A stretch of DNA of 64,000 nucleotides from assembly GCF_001447785.1 (NCBI RefSeq), contig NW_015170908.1, forward strand, positions 266,233-330,232, given 5' to 3'. This DNA comes from Gekko japonicus. Taxonomy: Eukaryota. Below the pieces are notes generated by a model, which searched no databases, had not been told where the DNA came from, and saw only the letters and a program-made list of their open reading frames with translations. The position numbers and the translations under genes are program-made. This document shows, piece by piece, positions 1 through 12,444 of this stretch; position 1 is the stretch's first letter; every line of letters starts with the position of its first letter.

Positions 1-149
1 GACGGTGTGCCTAGCACCTTCGCATCCTTGGGTAGTAGAAAGTGCCATCAAGTCACAGCTGACTTAGGGCGACCCTGAGAAGTCTATCTAAAACACAAAA
101 GGCTCTGCATCTTCCAATAGCACTACAGGTAAGATTAGAATTTCACCAG

Positions 150-550
150 CCTACCCATATGTATGGCTGCGAGAGTTGGACCATAAGGAAGGCTGAGCAC
201 CGAAGAATAGATTATTTTGAACTATGGTGCTGTAGAAGACTCTTGGGAGCCGCTTGGACTGCAAAACCCTGACTGCTCCCTGGAAGGCCAGATACTGAAG
301 CTGAAGCTCATATACTTTGGCCACCAAATGAAAAGGGAGCACTCTTTGGAGAAGACCCTGATGCTGGGAAAGACTGAAGGTCAAAGAAGATGGGGACGGC
401 AAAGGATGAGATTGTTAGACAGTGTCATAGATGCAACGAACATGAAGTTGAGCAAACTTCAGAGGACGGCGGAAGACCGGAAGGCCTGGCGTGATCTGGT
501 CCATGGGGTCCTGAAGAGTCGGAGTCGACTGTGCGACTGAACAACAACAA
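150..550 (+). mobile_element. Bov-B (RTE) LINE 3' fragment
   Basis: LKLKLIYFGH...LEKTLMLGKTEGQRRWGRQRMRLLD...WRDLVHGV and (CAA)n tail; short minus-strand 3' tips also at ~30626-30760 and ~34762-34875. Confidence 0.85.
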
Positions 551-639
551 ATTCATATGCAAAAGAACCTCCTCAGGAAAGCTCCTCCATTAGCACGTTT
601 CACAGCCTGGGGGACTCCTGCAAGATAATGACTCAGCCC

Positions 640-820
640 TACCCCACCTTCCTGAGTAGGGATAAATTACCTGCCTACCATTTTGCTTCTCACCTTGACA
701 CAGAGAGTACTCCATCTTTCTGTGTTCTGCCTCTGAGGATGCCAGTCACAGCCGCTGGTGAAACTTCAGGTCCTACAATGCCAAGACCACGGCCACACAG
801 CCCGGAAAATCCACAACAAC
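640..820 (+). mobile_element. Penelope-like terminal-repeat remnant with degenerate hammerhead motif
   Basis: cct CTGAGGA tgccag...ctggt GAAAC ttc agg followed by ...cacagcccggaaaatccacaacaac. Confidence 0.6.
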
Positions 821-959
821 TAATCTATCTAATGGGTTTGATGAGTTGATCTTTTTAACATGGGAGAACATTTAAATATATCGTCCTCCCAACTTCACAC
901 TGAAGTGATCTCTCACAGGGTCACCTTACGTCAGCTGTAACTTGATGGGAAACATATAT

Positions 960-1150
960 TTGCCCTCAAGTTACGGCTGACTTATGGCGACCTTGTGGGG
1001 TTTTCAAGGCAAGAGACGTTCAGAGGTGGCCTGCCTCCACGTCACAACCCTGGACTTCCTTGGTGGTCTCCCATCCAAATACTCGCCAGGGCCGACCCCG
1101 CTTAGCTTCGGAGATCTGATGAGACTGGGCTACCCTGGGCTATCCAGGTC
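960..1150 (-). mobile_element. 5S rRNA-derived SINE; other copies ~6880-7072(-), 10745-10940(+), 23208-23400(+), 25835-25990(-), 32358-32560(+), 42858-43015(+), 52635-52825(-)
   Basis: Head resembles 5S rRNA (gaagctaagcagggtcgg..tggttagta.ttggatgggagacc) joined to an unrelated shared tail (ttgccttgaaaaccc). Confidence 0.8.
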
Positions 1151-1297
1151 CTTTACAAGCATTCTTTACAACGCCTCTCCCACCTTCTGACTAGAATAAA
1201 AGGACTCACAGATCTCCATTTCTCCTCATGTCTGACAAAGGGAGATTGGACTCTCGAAAGGCTGTATCACGAAATTCTTGTTGCTCTCCAAGGTGCT

Positions 1298-1620
1298 AAA
1301 GGTAAAGGTTTCCCTTGCTCGAAAGCCAGTCGAATCCGACTCTAGGGGGCGGTGCTGATCTCCGTTTCCAAGCTGAAGAACCAGCGCTGTCCGAAGACGT
1401 CTCCATGGTCACGTGGCCGGCATGACTAGACGCCGAGGCGCACGGAACGCTGTTACCTTCCCACCGAAGCTGTACCTATTTATCTACTTGCCATTTCTTG
1501 CTTTCGGACTGCCAGGTTGGCAGGAGCTGGGGCCAGAGACAGGAGCTCACTCCGTCGTGTGGCACTCGGGTCTCGAACTGCCGAACTACAGACTGCAGCT
1601 CAGCATCTTAACCGTCTAGC
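1298..1620 (-). mobile_element. Sauria SINE
   Basis: Conserved body ccagctcctgccaacct.gcagt.cgaaagc and (ACCTTT)n tail. Confidence 0.85.
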
Positions 1621-1856
1621 TGTTCTGCTGCAGACCAACGTGGCTACCCTCAGAGACTCAGTGTCCAGCCGCAGTAAATTATGTTAGAGATCAGAGGGAA
1701 AAGTCACTGAAATAAGAGCAGTGACGTTTCAAAAGCAGCGGTGTCCAGACAGCATCTAACAGCGATCCCTTAAAAAAAAAAAATTGCAAGCAAAGCCCTT
1801 CAAAGAACTGTTAGAAGAATTACGAAATCCAGAAAAGTAAAGGGGGGGAAGAAGAA

Positions 1857-2380
1857 ATGGATGGCTTCAAGAGGGAATTAGATAAACATATGGAGCAGAG
1901 GTCCATCAGTGGCTACTAGCCATAAGGTATAGATAGGAACTCTCAGTCTGGGGCAAGTGATGCTCTGTATTCTTGGTGCTTGGGGGTGGGGGGGCAACAG
2001 TGGGAGGGCTTCTAGTGTCCTGGCCCGACTGGTGGACCTCCTGATGGCACCTGGCATTTTTGGCCACTGTGTGACACAGAGTGTTGGACTGGATGGGCCA
2101 TTGGCCTGATCCAACAATTGCCTTCTCTTCTGTTCTTATACATATGGAGCAGAGGTCCATCAGTGGCTATTAGCCACAAGGTATAGACAGGAACTCTCAG
2201 TCTAGGGCAAGTGATGCTCTGTATTCTTGGTGCTTGGGGGAGGGCAACAGTGTGAGGGCTTCTAGTGTCCTGGCCCCACTGCTGGACCGCCTGATGGCAC
2301 CTGGTATTTTTGGCCACTGTGTGACACAGACTGGATGGGCCATTGGCCAGATCCAACATTGGCTTCTCTTGTGTTCTTAG
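1857..2380 (+). mobile_element. CR1-like LINE 3' end, tandemly duplicated; same family ~16435-17388 (Helitron-interrupted), 31398-31736, 41060-41285(-)
   Basis: ...gttggactggatgggccattggcctgatccaaca...(TTCTTATG)-like tail, two adjacent copies. Confidence 0.75.
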
Positions 2381-2455
2381 AAGACACCTGGTGAAGAGAT
2401 CTAGGCGATGCGTTTTGATTCAATCCAAGCCATGAGTGGGTGGCATTGGAGGTAC

Positions 2456-2529
2456 CTTATGAAGCCTGTCAGGGGTTGCTATGATAACGGCATCTGCAAA
2501 CTTCTCTCTCTCAGCCGCGGCTTTCCAAT
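2456..2529 (-). CDS. Oxidoreductase exon 5
   Basis: ttcctttcag|AT TGG...AAG|gtac; DWKAAAEREKFADAVIIATPDRLHK. Confidence 0.88.
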
Positions 2530-3270
2530 CTGAAAGGAACAAGATCGAAAATTAGCCCCGGAATAGGCCAAGGAACACAACTCCCACAGTTTTCTTTTTG
2601 AAATTAAATATTGTTTTTAGTTTCTCAAAGAAGTGGGAGAAAATCTAGATTCATCACAAGTAAAATCAGATATATTATTAGGTGTAATGCATATTTCAAA
2701 CAGAGCAGTAGACAATAAAACATCAATATCACAGTGTTTTGGGATAGGTTCTCTCTTAACAAGAATAAACAAGGACTTTCCTAATGTTAGTGACAATCTA
2801 TTAACAATAAGAGACTGCATCTTTAACAGTTGAACAAGCTGCTCCCGCTGTTTTCGATCACACGGCATGCATTCCTTGCTAGTTTTAATTCGGAGAAACC
2901 CATAATCTGTCTGGGCATTTGCATGTTTGGGAAGTGTGTATTTGTCACTAACAGATGTTCGCACAACTGGAAAAATCTAGGTTCCCAAGATGAACACGCA
3001 TGTAAGCACATGAAACTGCCGCATACTGAACCAGACCTGACATTCAGTTCTTCTTGAACACACCTGAAACTGCGTCATACTGAATCACACCCTTGGACCA
3101 TCAAGGTCAGTAGTGTCTACTCAGACTGGCAGTGGCTCTCCAGGGTCTCAGCCAGAAGTCTTTCACATCACCTACTGCCCAGTCCTTGCCGGGGATTAAA
3201 CCTGGGACCTCCTGCATGCAAAGCAGAGGCTCTGCCACTGAGTCACGGCCCCTCCCCAAGCCAGAGTATT

Positions 3271-3308
<38 letters not shown>

Positions 3309-6300
3309 TATCGTTATTATTAAATTTTATATCCCACCCTCTCCAACGGGCTCAGGGCGGCTAACAATAAGGGCACAAAGCCATGATAAAACAGTTAAAA
3401 GCAGGATAAAACAATACAAAATTACAATAAAGTGCTGGTGCTCTGAAAGTTCATCGTTTCAAGATGGTTCTGGAAGATGGACCCAGTACAACGAAGCAGG
3501 TTCCAGGACGATGCTGCCTTCTGATCTTCGGCCCAGGGCCATCATGCACCCCAATGGCATCCCCGCTCTTTGCGGTAGCGGTGCAGTGGTGGTACAGTGG
3601 CAGCGGCGGCTTCTACTCGAAAGCCTTCATCTCAAAACGCCAGCTCCACACGCCCAGTAAGAAACCTTACCATCAAATACGTTGTCCTCATCAACGTGAT
3701 GAGCCTCCTGCAGCTCTTTCCTTGCACAAGCCCGAGGGTCTGCAACGCCAATCACCTGGGGGTGGGGAGAGGAATAAAGCAGGGCTGCACTTTGCACAAT
3801 AGTCATGGCAACTAAAGAGGAGAACATCAGAAACCCCTTGCTGGATAGGAACAAGGGTCCATCTAGTTAGCATCCTGTTTGCCACAGTGACCTGGCCTCC
3901 ACCCCTATCCACAAGCTACTATTGCTCTCCGCCCAAGCATCTGGCACACAGTGGTACACTGCCTTTGAACATGGAGGTTCTGCTTAGCCCTCACAGTGGT
4001 CGTAGATCTATCCTCCTCCATGAATTTGTCTGGCCCCTGTTTAAAGCCAAGGATCAAGAACCTAAAAAGGTAAGTCAAACTGAGTAGAGGGCCAACAATT
4101 AAAGCTTAGTATATATAATATATAAAAATACATGTATTTATTTGTAAAGAGTTAAAAAAATATAGGGGCCCAATTACACCTCATATAAAAATTCCAAAAT
4201 CATATATACTCGCAAGGGCCGATGGACTTGACTTGACGTGGCATTCTGGCCCATTTAGGCCTTCTTCAGAGGCCAAACACAAAGAAGAACAAATTGGCTT
4301 ATACCATAATACACAATACAATACAATTATACAGCATGGATACAAAATGAACTGGAAAAGAATTGCTGTAAAAAACATTTTAAAACATGTGAAATCAAAT
4401 ACATATAATAAAATGAATAAACAATCCCTATATTATACTAAAAAACATATTGACTCACTTCCAAAGTGAAATTGCTAGACATAGAATAAAATAAAACATT
4501 TCCTTTTTGGTTTTTCTAACATGGCAACCCAATGGAATGAGTAAAAAATGGGTGATTTCCAACAACGAACAGCTATGGGTTTTTTTAAGTAATTATTTTT
4601 TTAATCATTCCCATTTTTCAAGGAGCCCAGGACAATAAATAGCTTTTTGTGCTGAGGCACCACAAAGTCTGACCAAAGGTCACAGCCCCTGAACAGAAAA
4701 GCAGGAAGGCTGGGCCTTCTGTGCTCCAGTGGATTAAAACGGGGAGAATGAAAAAGGCTGTAAAACTGAGAGGAAGGAAAGGGAAAATGTTTTAAGACCC
4801 CGAGTCAGATCACTGATCCATCTAGCTGAGCACCATCTTGCCAGACTGGAAACAGCTCTCCAGGGTCGCAGGCAGCGGAAGATCTTCCTTAGTCTCTGCA
4901 ACCTGAGATGCCAGGGACCAAAACTGGGCTCTTTGGCATGTGCTCTGCCAGGGAGCCAAAATAGGGTCGCAGGCAGCGAAAGATCTTCCTTAGTCTCCGT
5001 GACTTGAGATGTCAGGGATTGAAACTGAGGTTTTTGGCATGTGCTCTGCCAGGGAGCCAAAAGCCCTTCTCTGAATTTAAGGAGAAAGGCATTGTCAGAA
5101 CAGGAGAGAAAATAGACCTTGTTTCTCTCTAAGCATTCATATTATTTATTAAAATATTTATACCCTGCTTTTTCCCCCAATGGGGGATCCTGAGCAGCTA
5201 ACAACATGATCTTCCCCCTGCACTTTATCCTCCTGACAACTACCCTGTGAGGTAGGCTAGGCTGAGAGGGACTGGTCCAAGGTCACCCAGCAAGCGGCCA
5301 TAGCACAGAGGGATTCAAACCCGGGTCAGCCAGATCCAAACACCACACTCTAACCACACTATGAGGATTAGGTTAATAAAGCAGCCAAGTCTTAAGACTG
5401 CGCATTGTAGTTCCAAAGGTCACAGTGGTGTACCTTAACTGAACCTTCTTTATTCAGCCAGCCAGAAGTTTAAAATGGACTCTGAGCTCAACTGAATGAG
5501 GAAGTCTGTAGCCTCAAGAAGTGGGGGGAGGAAAATGCTCTAGCAGCTTGGTTTCCTCCTTCCAGGCCCTGGTCTTCAATTCCCAGGTTTCATTTTTTAA
5601 AAATTATTAAACTTCTAGACCTTTTTTTACAGAGATATAAGGGGAAATGTACAGGCATTCTATTCAGTTACTTAATCATTGGATACTTTTTCCTGCCTTT
5701 CTAGTGTTCTGGCCAACGAACGTCAAAACATTACAATGACTGATAAGCACTCGACAATGATCTTTCACTAGCAGAAAAACTAGTTGAGTTCCTTAGAAGA
5801 ATTTAAGAAGTAAAAGTCGTAGACGTCTTGCACTTGTTCCTGCACTGACTTTCAATGTGCAAACACAGTTCACCATGGAATTGAAAACTAATATTCCTGG
5901 CAAATATCTGAAGATGGTGATCGGGCACCTGACAAGTAGTTCATTACCACAGCACCAGCCTGGCATTCAACAGCTTCCAGTTTCTCAAGAACGTAGCTTG
6001 TTTGCCTTTGCCACATCATACAAGCACCTGCTTTGGTTTGAGTCAAGCCTCGTTTTAAAGGATAAGCCTGTTGAGCATGAAGAGGTCTAGTGCATACACA
6101 CAGGGCCGGCTCACTCACTAGGCGAACTAGGCGATTGCCTAGAGCGGGACGGCCCTTAGGGGCACCAAACTGCACCCGGCCCCGTACTCTGGGAGTTTCC
6201 TGATTATTTGTATTTTTCATTCTTCCTAAAATGCATTTATTTTTGAAAATTGGTGGCTGCAAGGGGGGGGGCGCGAAGGGACCCTTGCCTAGGGTGCAAA

Positions 6301-9300
6301 ATTAGCTGGAGCCGGCCCTGCATACACAAATCCATCATGTGTACCTGCATGTACAGAGGAAGCTTACCTTCATGCGTTCAGGAAAATACAATGCATAATT
6401 GGAATAGTTCTTTCCCCGGCTCCCGGCTCCGATAATCAAAACAGTGATTTGGCGAGGCATTCTTCCAGGGTCTTCCGCCTTGGTCTGGAAATGAAAGAAT
6501 GCTTTTAGAACCTGCATGGAAACAGCCACTCCTCTGGTTCTCCTCTCAGCAGGGCATGGCCCCATTTTGCACTGTACGCCACACTATTCTGTTGGCTGGA
6601 CGAGCATCCGAAACTGAATTCCCTTGTGCTGGTTTCTCCCTTTCAAAATTGGGAAAGGAGCAGGAAGTGGCAGGTAAAACAATCAGGAAGGCATTATAAG
6701 AGCAGTCCTGCTTGATCAGACCAATGGTCCATCTAGGCCAGCATCCCGTTTTGCACAAGTACCTGCAAGCAGGTACAGATCCATGAATTTGCCTAACCAG
6801 CTCCCTCTGTAGGGTAACCAGAACTATACATAGTATTCCAAAATCCAGCCACACTGCTGATCTTTGTTGGTTGGTTGAAAATGCCGTCAAGTCGCAGTCA
6901 ACTTACGGCAATCTTGTAGGGTTTTCAAGGCAAGTGACATTCAGAGGCGGTTTGCCGTTGCCTGGCTCTGCATAGCGACCTTGGACTTCCTTGGGGGGGG
7001 GGGGGGTTTTTCCCATCCAACCAAGGGCGAGCCTGCTTAACAAGATCAGGCTAGCCTGGGCTATCCAGGTCAGGCCTTACACTGCCGATCTACACAAGGG
7101 TATCCCAGTATCGATCATTTTGTTTTCAATCCCTTTCCCATAATCACGAGCATAAAATGTGCCCTTTTCACTACCGCTGCACCAAACTGACTGTATGACT
7201 GTGCTATTCACCACGGCTCCAAGATCTCATTCTGGGGCAGCCACCATGAGTTCAGAGCCCATCTTTCCAACTGCAAAGTTAAGATTCCCCCCCCCCATGT
7301 GCATCCATTTACAGTTACGCTGAACCACTTGCCACAGCTAAGGCATGGATTCCCCACCCCTTCAGCCAGACTGCCTTGTGCATCTCCATTCTAGCAGAGG
7401 AACACCAGGGTGTGAAAAATCTCATCTACAAGCTTGTCTACCTCTCTTGCCATTTTCAGGTCAGCAACCTTCACCTCAACGGCAGGAACTCCATTCCTGA
7501 CAACCTGAAGCTCATTGCCCTGACCTCAAACCCACAACTTCTGCCCGAAAGACAGACAGCCCTACACATGAAACTCCCTGCTATACACTGTCTAGCCCAA
7601 ATTCTCCTGACAGCTTTCTACTTTCACTTCTGGGTTGGTATTTCAAAGCTGTAAGCTATGGTGTTGACATGAAAAAAAGCAGTTATTCTGCAAAGAAAGG
7701 AAAAACTGTGTCATGCTCTGGTTTCCTTATCCTGCTGCTTGAACTTGTGTGAGGCCTGGATTCTCTTACCGGTTCCAGGTTTCTTGGCACCGGAGCCGAG
7801 AGGCTTCGAAGGGCGGGCTCTCTGTGGCTTGCAGAGGATTGGTGTGCTTTCCCTGCAAGAAAAGTGTTAAAGGGGATTTTTTAATTGGGGGGGAGGCTGA
7901 GTCAGGGGGTATAATAAAAACACACCTGGTGTGGAGATAGTAGAGACAGAGAAACTTTTACGGCTACTCCATGAAAATGTCTACCAGAATAAAAAATGTG
8001 TTAGCCTTTTAAGGTATCGGCAGGGCCACTGCTTATTTATACTAGATTGAGTTATCGGCAGTTCTGTGCTTATCTTGTACACACTGGAACTTGTTTATAG
8101 AAAAGTTCACAGCTTGCCTGTCTATCTCCAATGTTTGTATATAAAGACTTAGCAGCTGCACAATAATGTTGGCATTCAAAGTACGTCACAGACACCATCA
8201 CATTAACATTTACAACAATGCTGTAAGGTAGGACAGTCTTATTATCCCCATATTGAATATAGGACCATAAGAAGAGCCCTGCTGGATCAGACCAATGGTC
8301 CATCTAGTCCAGCATCCTGCCTCACACAGGGGCCAACCAGTTCCTCTGGAGGGCCAACAACAGGGCACAGAGACTGAGGCCTTCCCCTGATGTTGCCTCC
8401 TGGCTCTGGGATTCAGAGATTTAGTGCCTTTGACTGTGGAGGTTCCCCTCAGTCACCATGGCATAAGATGGAAGGACAGAGGCCGAGAGAAAGGCCGGTT
8501 CCAAGTCAAACAATGAGACTGTAACTACACCTGTTCCTAAACTCTGCATATATTCTAACTATCATTGGCATACACACACAAAAAACCCCTTTATTGGCAT
8601 GAAAGCACAAAACATCATGGAAATACAGGAAAATACTAAGATGCATCAGTCACTTATACTTGGCTATCCAAGCCTCGTCTTCTGAATGCATAATATAAAA
8701 ATTTTGCAACAGCCTCCATTATTTCGCAATTAGAATTAAACAAAACAATTGAGTCATCAGAGTGCCAGCTCTTACCCTCTAGAAGTGGAGTAATAAAACG
8801 AGATCGGATATCCCTATAAAGGGGGCAATGAAGTGTGGTGTGTGTAGTGGATTCTATATCTTTTAGAGAGCAAGGGCAAAGTCTGTCTACATATGGTATC
8901 TGGCGGTACCTCCCTAAAAGCACCACTGATGGCAGAACATTAAAGCGTGCAAGCATGTATGCTCTGCGACGATGTGGGACATCCAATCTCTGCTCTTTTT
9001 AAAGACCCTGATCTCACACATATGTGCGCGCACACATACACACACACACACATCCCCTGTGTTGTCATTAATAATTCCACAGTGCTGAAAGGTGGGGCTA
9101 AAACTGAAATAGGATCCTTATGGACAGTTCTGTTCCTCCCAGCAATACAAACCTAAGGGAGTGCATGAAGAACCATGCCTTGAAACTCTTATTCCCAAAC
9201 TAGAGTTGCCAACCTCAAGGTGCTGGCTGGAGCACTCCCACTATTACCACCGATCTCCAGGTGACAGAGATCAGTTCACCTGGAGAAAATGGCTACTTTG

Positions 9301-10441
9301 GCATTACATCCCATTGAAGTCCCTCCCCTCCCCAAACTTTGCCCTCCTCAGGCTCCACCCCCAAAATCTCCAGGGATTTCCCAACTCAGAACTGGCAACC
9401 CTACTCCAAACCCAACGAAATGACATCCCCAGGCTGCTTTTTGCTTGGAGGGGAGGCTCAAAGATACTCGTTTCTGAGTAAACATACCCAGTATTCTGTT
9501 TCAGGTGGACAGACGTGTTGGTCAGCAGTAGAAGAGCAAGATTCAGCTCTAGTTTAAAGAGCAACAAGATTTCCAGGACAACGTTTGAGTCCAGTGGCAC
9601 CTTTAAGACCAACAAAGGATACCTAGAATAAAACTTTCTTCTGCTGCTTCAGACCAATGCGATGCTTCTGCATGGAGACAGAGTGATATAGAAAATGTAT
9701 GGAATGTTCCCTCTTGAATTTTGATACAGAACAGATTGGAATTTTGGTTCTTCTCTGAAAAAGCTTCAGCGCGAAACGAGAGAGCCGTTAGCGAGCATGC
9801 TCCTTAGAGAATCTTCAAGATCTTCTCATTTGGAACCACCCTTCTGGAGCAACAATTTGTACACTTATTGGACTTTTTGCACCATTCCTTTGTTATTTAC
9901 ACAATTGTGAATGTAGGTTTATGCTGTCCTTGCTGTCATAGGAATTACCATTAGACATATGGTTTGTTTCTCCATTCTTTATTTAGCATATCGATTTCTA
10001 TTTTGTTATAATATTTGGTACACAGTTTTTGTTATTTTTTTTCTGGCTTCGGACCAACACAGCTACCCCCTAAGATTTCCAGGACATACGCTTTCAAGAG
10101 TCAACGCTTGATCCTTGCATCTGACAAAGAAAACTGCCGACTCTCGAAAGCTTATACCTTGGAAATCACGCTGGTCTTTAAGGTGCTGCTGGAATCGAAC
10201 CCACGATTGTGTTGTTTTACCTCCAGCAACCTAGCATACAGCTTCCCTGCTAAAATACATCGAGAGAACAACAAGAAACGCAGGAAATAAAAAGTTGGGG
10301 GGGGACCTCTACTTTTTATTCTCAGCCTCCCTATATAAAAAGGCCCCCCCCCCCCCCCTCTCTCCCTACACCTACAAACGGGGATTCTCAAACAGACGCT
10401 TATCGAACGCAGAGAGACTCACCTGACGCAGCACCTCCCAT
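2456..10441 (-). CDS. Gfo/Idh/MocA-family NAD(P)-dependent oxidoreductase (YteT-like), 5' portion; gene continues beyond window start
   Basis: Exons 10441-10423, 7852-7770, 6484-6368, 3755-3671 and 2529-2456 join with GT-AG junctions and matching phases: MGGAASGKAHQ...PGRMPRQITVLIIGAGSRGKNYSNYALYFPERMK|VIGVADPRACARKELQEAHHVDEDNVFD|DWKAAAEREKFADAVIIATPDRLHK. Rossmann GxGxxG, VAD and DAVIIATPDxxH motifs are typical of the family. Confidence 0.88.
3271..3310. repeat. (CAT)n microsatellite; also (TAGA/CAGA)n ~32585-32672 and (TCTG)n ~41730-41800
   Basis: Direct inspection. Confidence 0.9.
3671..3755 (-). CDS. Oxidoreductase exon 4
   Basis: cag|GTG...GAT G|gtaag; VIGVADPRACARKELQEAHHVDEDNVFD. 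Confidence 0.88.
6101..6320. mobile_element. hAT-type MITE
   Basis: TIR CAGGGCCGGCTC/GAGCCGGCCCTG, perfect 8-bp TSD catacaca. Confidence 0.85.
6368..6484 (-). CDS. Oxidoreductase exon 3 (Rossmann GAGSRG; second ATG at 6460)
   Basis: tttccag acceptor, AAG|gtaag donor; TKAEDPGRMPRQITVLIIGAGSRG...ERMK. Confidence 0.9.
7770..7852 (-). CDS. Oxidoreductase putative exon 2 (83 nt)
   Basis: Acceptor cttttcttgcag, donor gtaag, open frame, phase 1 to phase 0 links exon 1 to exon 3. Confidence 0.6.
8590..8985 (-). mobile_element. LINE 3' fragment (RTE-X-like, C-terminal Cys/His knuckle)
   Basis: RRAYMLARFNVLPS..LLGRY...RLCPC...E...H..LHCPLY.DIR. Confidence 0.65.
10423..10441 (-). CDS. Oxidoreductase putative coding exon 1 (MGGAAS, phase 1)
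   Basis: ATG GGA GGT GCT GCG TCA G|gtgag just downstream of the CCAAT/GC-box cluster; in frame with the next two exons. Confidence 0.6.
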
Positions 10442-10479
10442 TGGGACAACAGTGTTGACCTGGGAGAACCCAGCTGTCA

Positions 10480-10640
10480 GCCACGCCCCCTTCCTGCCTT
10501 GTCATTGGTCGCGAGATGTCCCAAGAACGGCGCTGCCCAAAGCCCAATCACTGAGTGCCGGATGCAGCAGTGAAGGGGAATCCTATTGGCTGAAAAGATC
10601 TTAGCCGGCGGGGGAGGAGGAACAGGGGCGGGGTCGCTAT
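10480..10640 (-). promoter_or_regulatory. Proximal promoter of the oxidoreductase (3 CCAAT boxes, GC boxes)
   Basis: ATTGG ~10504, CCAAT ~10545, ATTGG ~10585, CCACGCCCCC ~10481, GGGGCGGGG ~10625, directly upstream of the first donor site. Confidence 0.7.
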
Positions 10641-11069
10641 CATTGATTAGCTCTGCGTTTGGAATGTTGAAGAGAGAGAGAGTTCATTCATACTCCTGTT
10701 ATTTGATAGGTTTGGGGCTTCCTCGGAGGGATGCGGACCGGTGTACTATAGCCCGATGATTATCTCGTTATATCTCGGGAGCTAAGCAGGGTCGGCCATG
10801 GTTAGTATTTGGATGGGAGACCCCCAGGAAGACTAGGGTCTCTATGCAGAGGCAAGCAATGGGAAACCACCCTCAGTCTCAGCGTCTCTTGCCTTGAAAA
10901 CCCTGCAGGGTCACCCTAACCGGGCTGCGACTTGACGGTGTTTCCCAAGTAGAGTTGGTGCTTGGATGGGAGACCTCCAAGGAAGACAGTGGCCAACCAC
11001 TCCTGCTTCCCACTTGCCTTGAAAGCCCGTTTCTGGGGGGTCGCCATAATTTGAGGCGACTTGAGGCAC

Positions 11070-11605
11070 TTAATCATAGAGCCGGAAGGGATCATCTAAT
11101 TCAACCCCCTGTAGGATGCAGAAAATTCACAAATACTCTCCACAGACACACACCCAGTCACCCCTGTTCTACCCAGAAGAGGGTAAAAAAAACCCCTCCA
11201 GTATCTCCAGCCAAACTGGCCTGGAGAAATATTGCTTCCTGACCCCATAGTGGCGATCAGCATTTCCCTGGGCATGTAAGAAAGGGCCACGGGAAGGAAG
11301 CACTGATGCGACCGTTCCTGCCCTCCCTCTCATGATCTGCCTAAGTTCACAGAAGCAGCATTGCTGTCCGATGGCCATCCAGCCTCTGCTTAAAAACCTC
11401 CAAAGAAGGAGAGCCCACCACCTCTCGAGGAAGCCTGTTCCACTGAGGAACTGCTCTGTCGGGAAGTTCTTCCTAATGTTTAGCCGAAAACGCTTCTGAT
11501 ATAATTCAAACCTGTTGGTTCTGGTCCGACCTTCTGAGGCAGCAGAAAACAACTCCACACCATCCTCTGTATGACAGCCCTTGAAGTACTTGCAGATGGT
11601 TATCA
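11070..11605 (-). mobile_element. CR1 LINE 3' fragment (ORF2 C-terminus plus 3'UTR)
   Basis: MITICKYFKGCHTEDGVELFSAASEGRTRTNRFELYQKRFRLNIRKNF resembles CR1 ORF2 end. Confidence 0.8.
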
Positions 11606-12444
11606 TGCTTGAAGATGGTTGTCGTACGTAGGTACACATGCATTTTCGGAAGTCACTGGACACATTTTGAAACCGAGAGCTCACCAATTTGTGCAAACCA
11701 GCTGTGTGGGATTGGGAGTGTGTATTGTACATTTTCCAAAGTCCTATAATGGCAAGCCAGTGAAAACCTCATTAGAAATGACTTTCCCCAAGAAAGTATT
11801 GTATTGCAAAGGGGATTGTTCAGTCTTCCTTCAAGGAAGAAGGGCTGTGGCTCAGTGGTAGAACAACTGATTGACACGCAGAAGGTCCCAGGTTCAGTCT
11901 CCAACATCTTCAGCTAAAAGGATCATGTCGGAAGTGATGTGGGAAATCTTAGTCTTCAAAAAGAGTTGGGTTTTATATCTCACTTTTCTCTACCCGAAGG
12001 AGTCTCAGAGTGGCTTACAATCGCCTTCCCTTCCTCTCCCCACAACAGACATCCTGTGAGGTAGGTGGGGCTGAGAGAGCTCTGAGAGAACTGTGACTGA
12101 CCCAAGGTCACCCAGCTGGCTGCGAGTGGAGGAGTGGGGAATCAAACCTGGTCCTCCAGATTAGAGTCTGCCACTCTTAACCACTACGCCACACTGGCTC
12201 TCTCTTGAGACCCTGAAAAGCCTCTTCCAGTCCGACGGGCCAATGTCTAGGGCTGCCAACTGTAACCTGGAAACTTCCTGGAGATTTGTGGGTGGTGCTT
12301 GGGGACAGCATCAGTGGGGGATATGATGCTGTAGACTCCGCCCTCCAAAGACTCTTTTTGCCTGCTAGATTTGACACCAGTGAGTTGTGAATTTGCTAAG
12401 AGGCCTTGGACTCCACTTAATACAAAATAGCATTTTGATATGTG

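Noticed and set aside
10330-10345. TATATAAAAAG TATA-like box on plus strand
   Set aside because: Wrong strand and inside intron 1 of the oxidoreductase; no downstream transcript evidence.
10745-10840. 5S rRNA gene
   Set aside because: Diverged, lacks proper 5S ends and continues into a shared SINE tail found in about eight copies.
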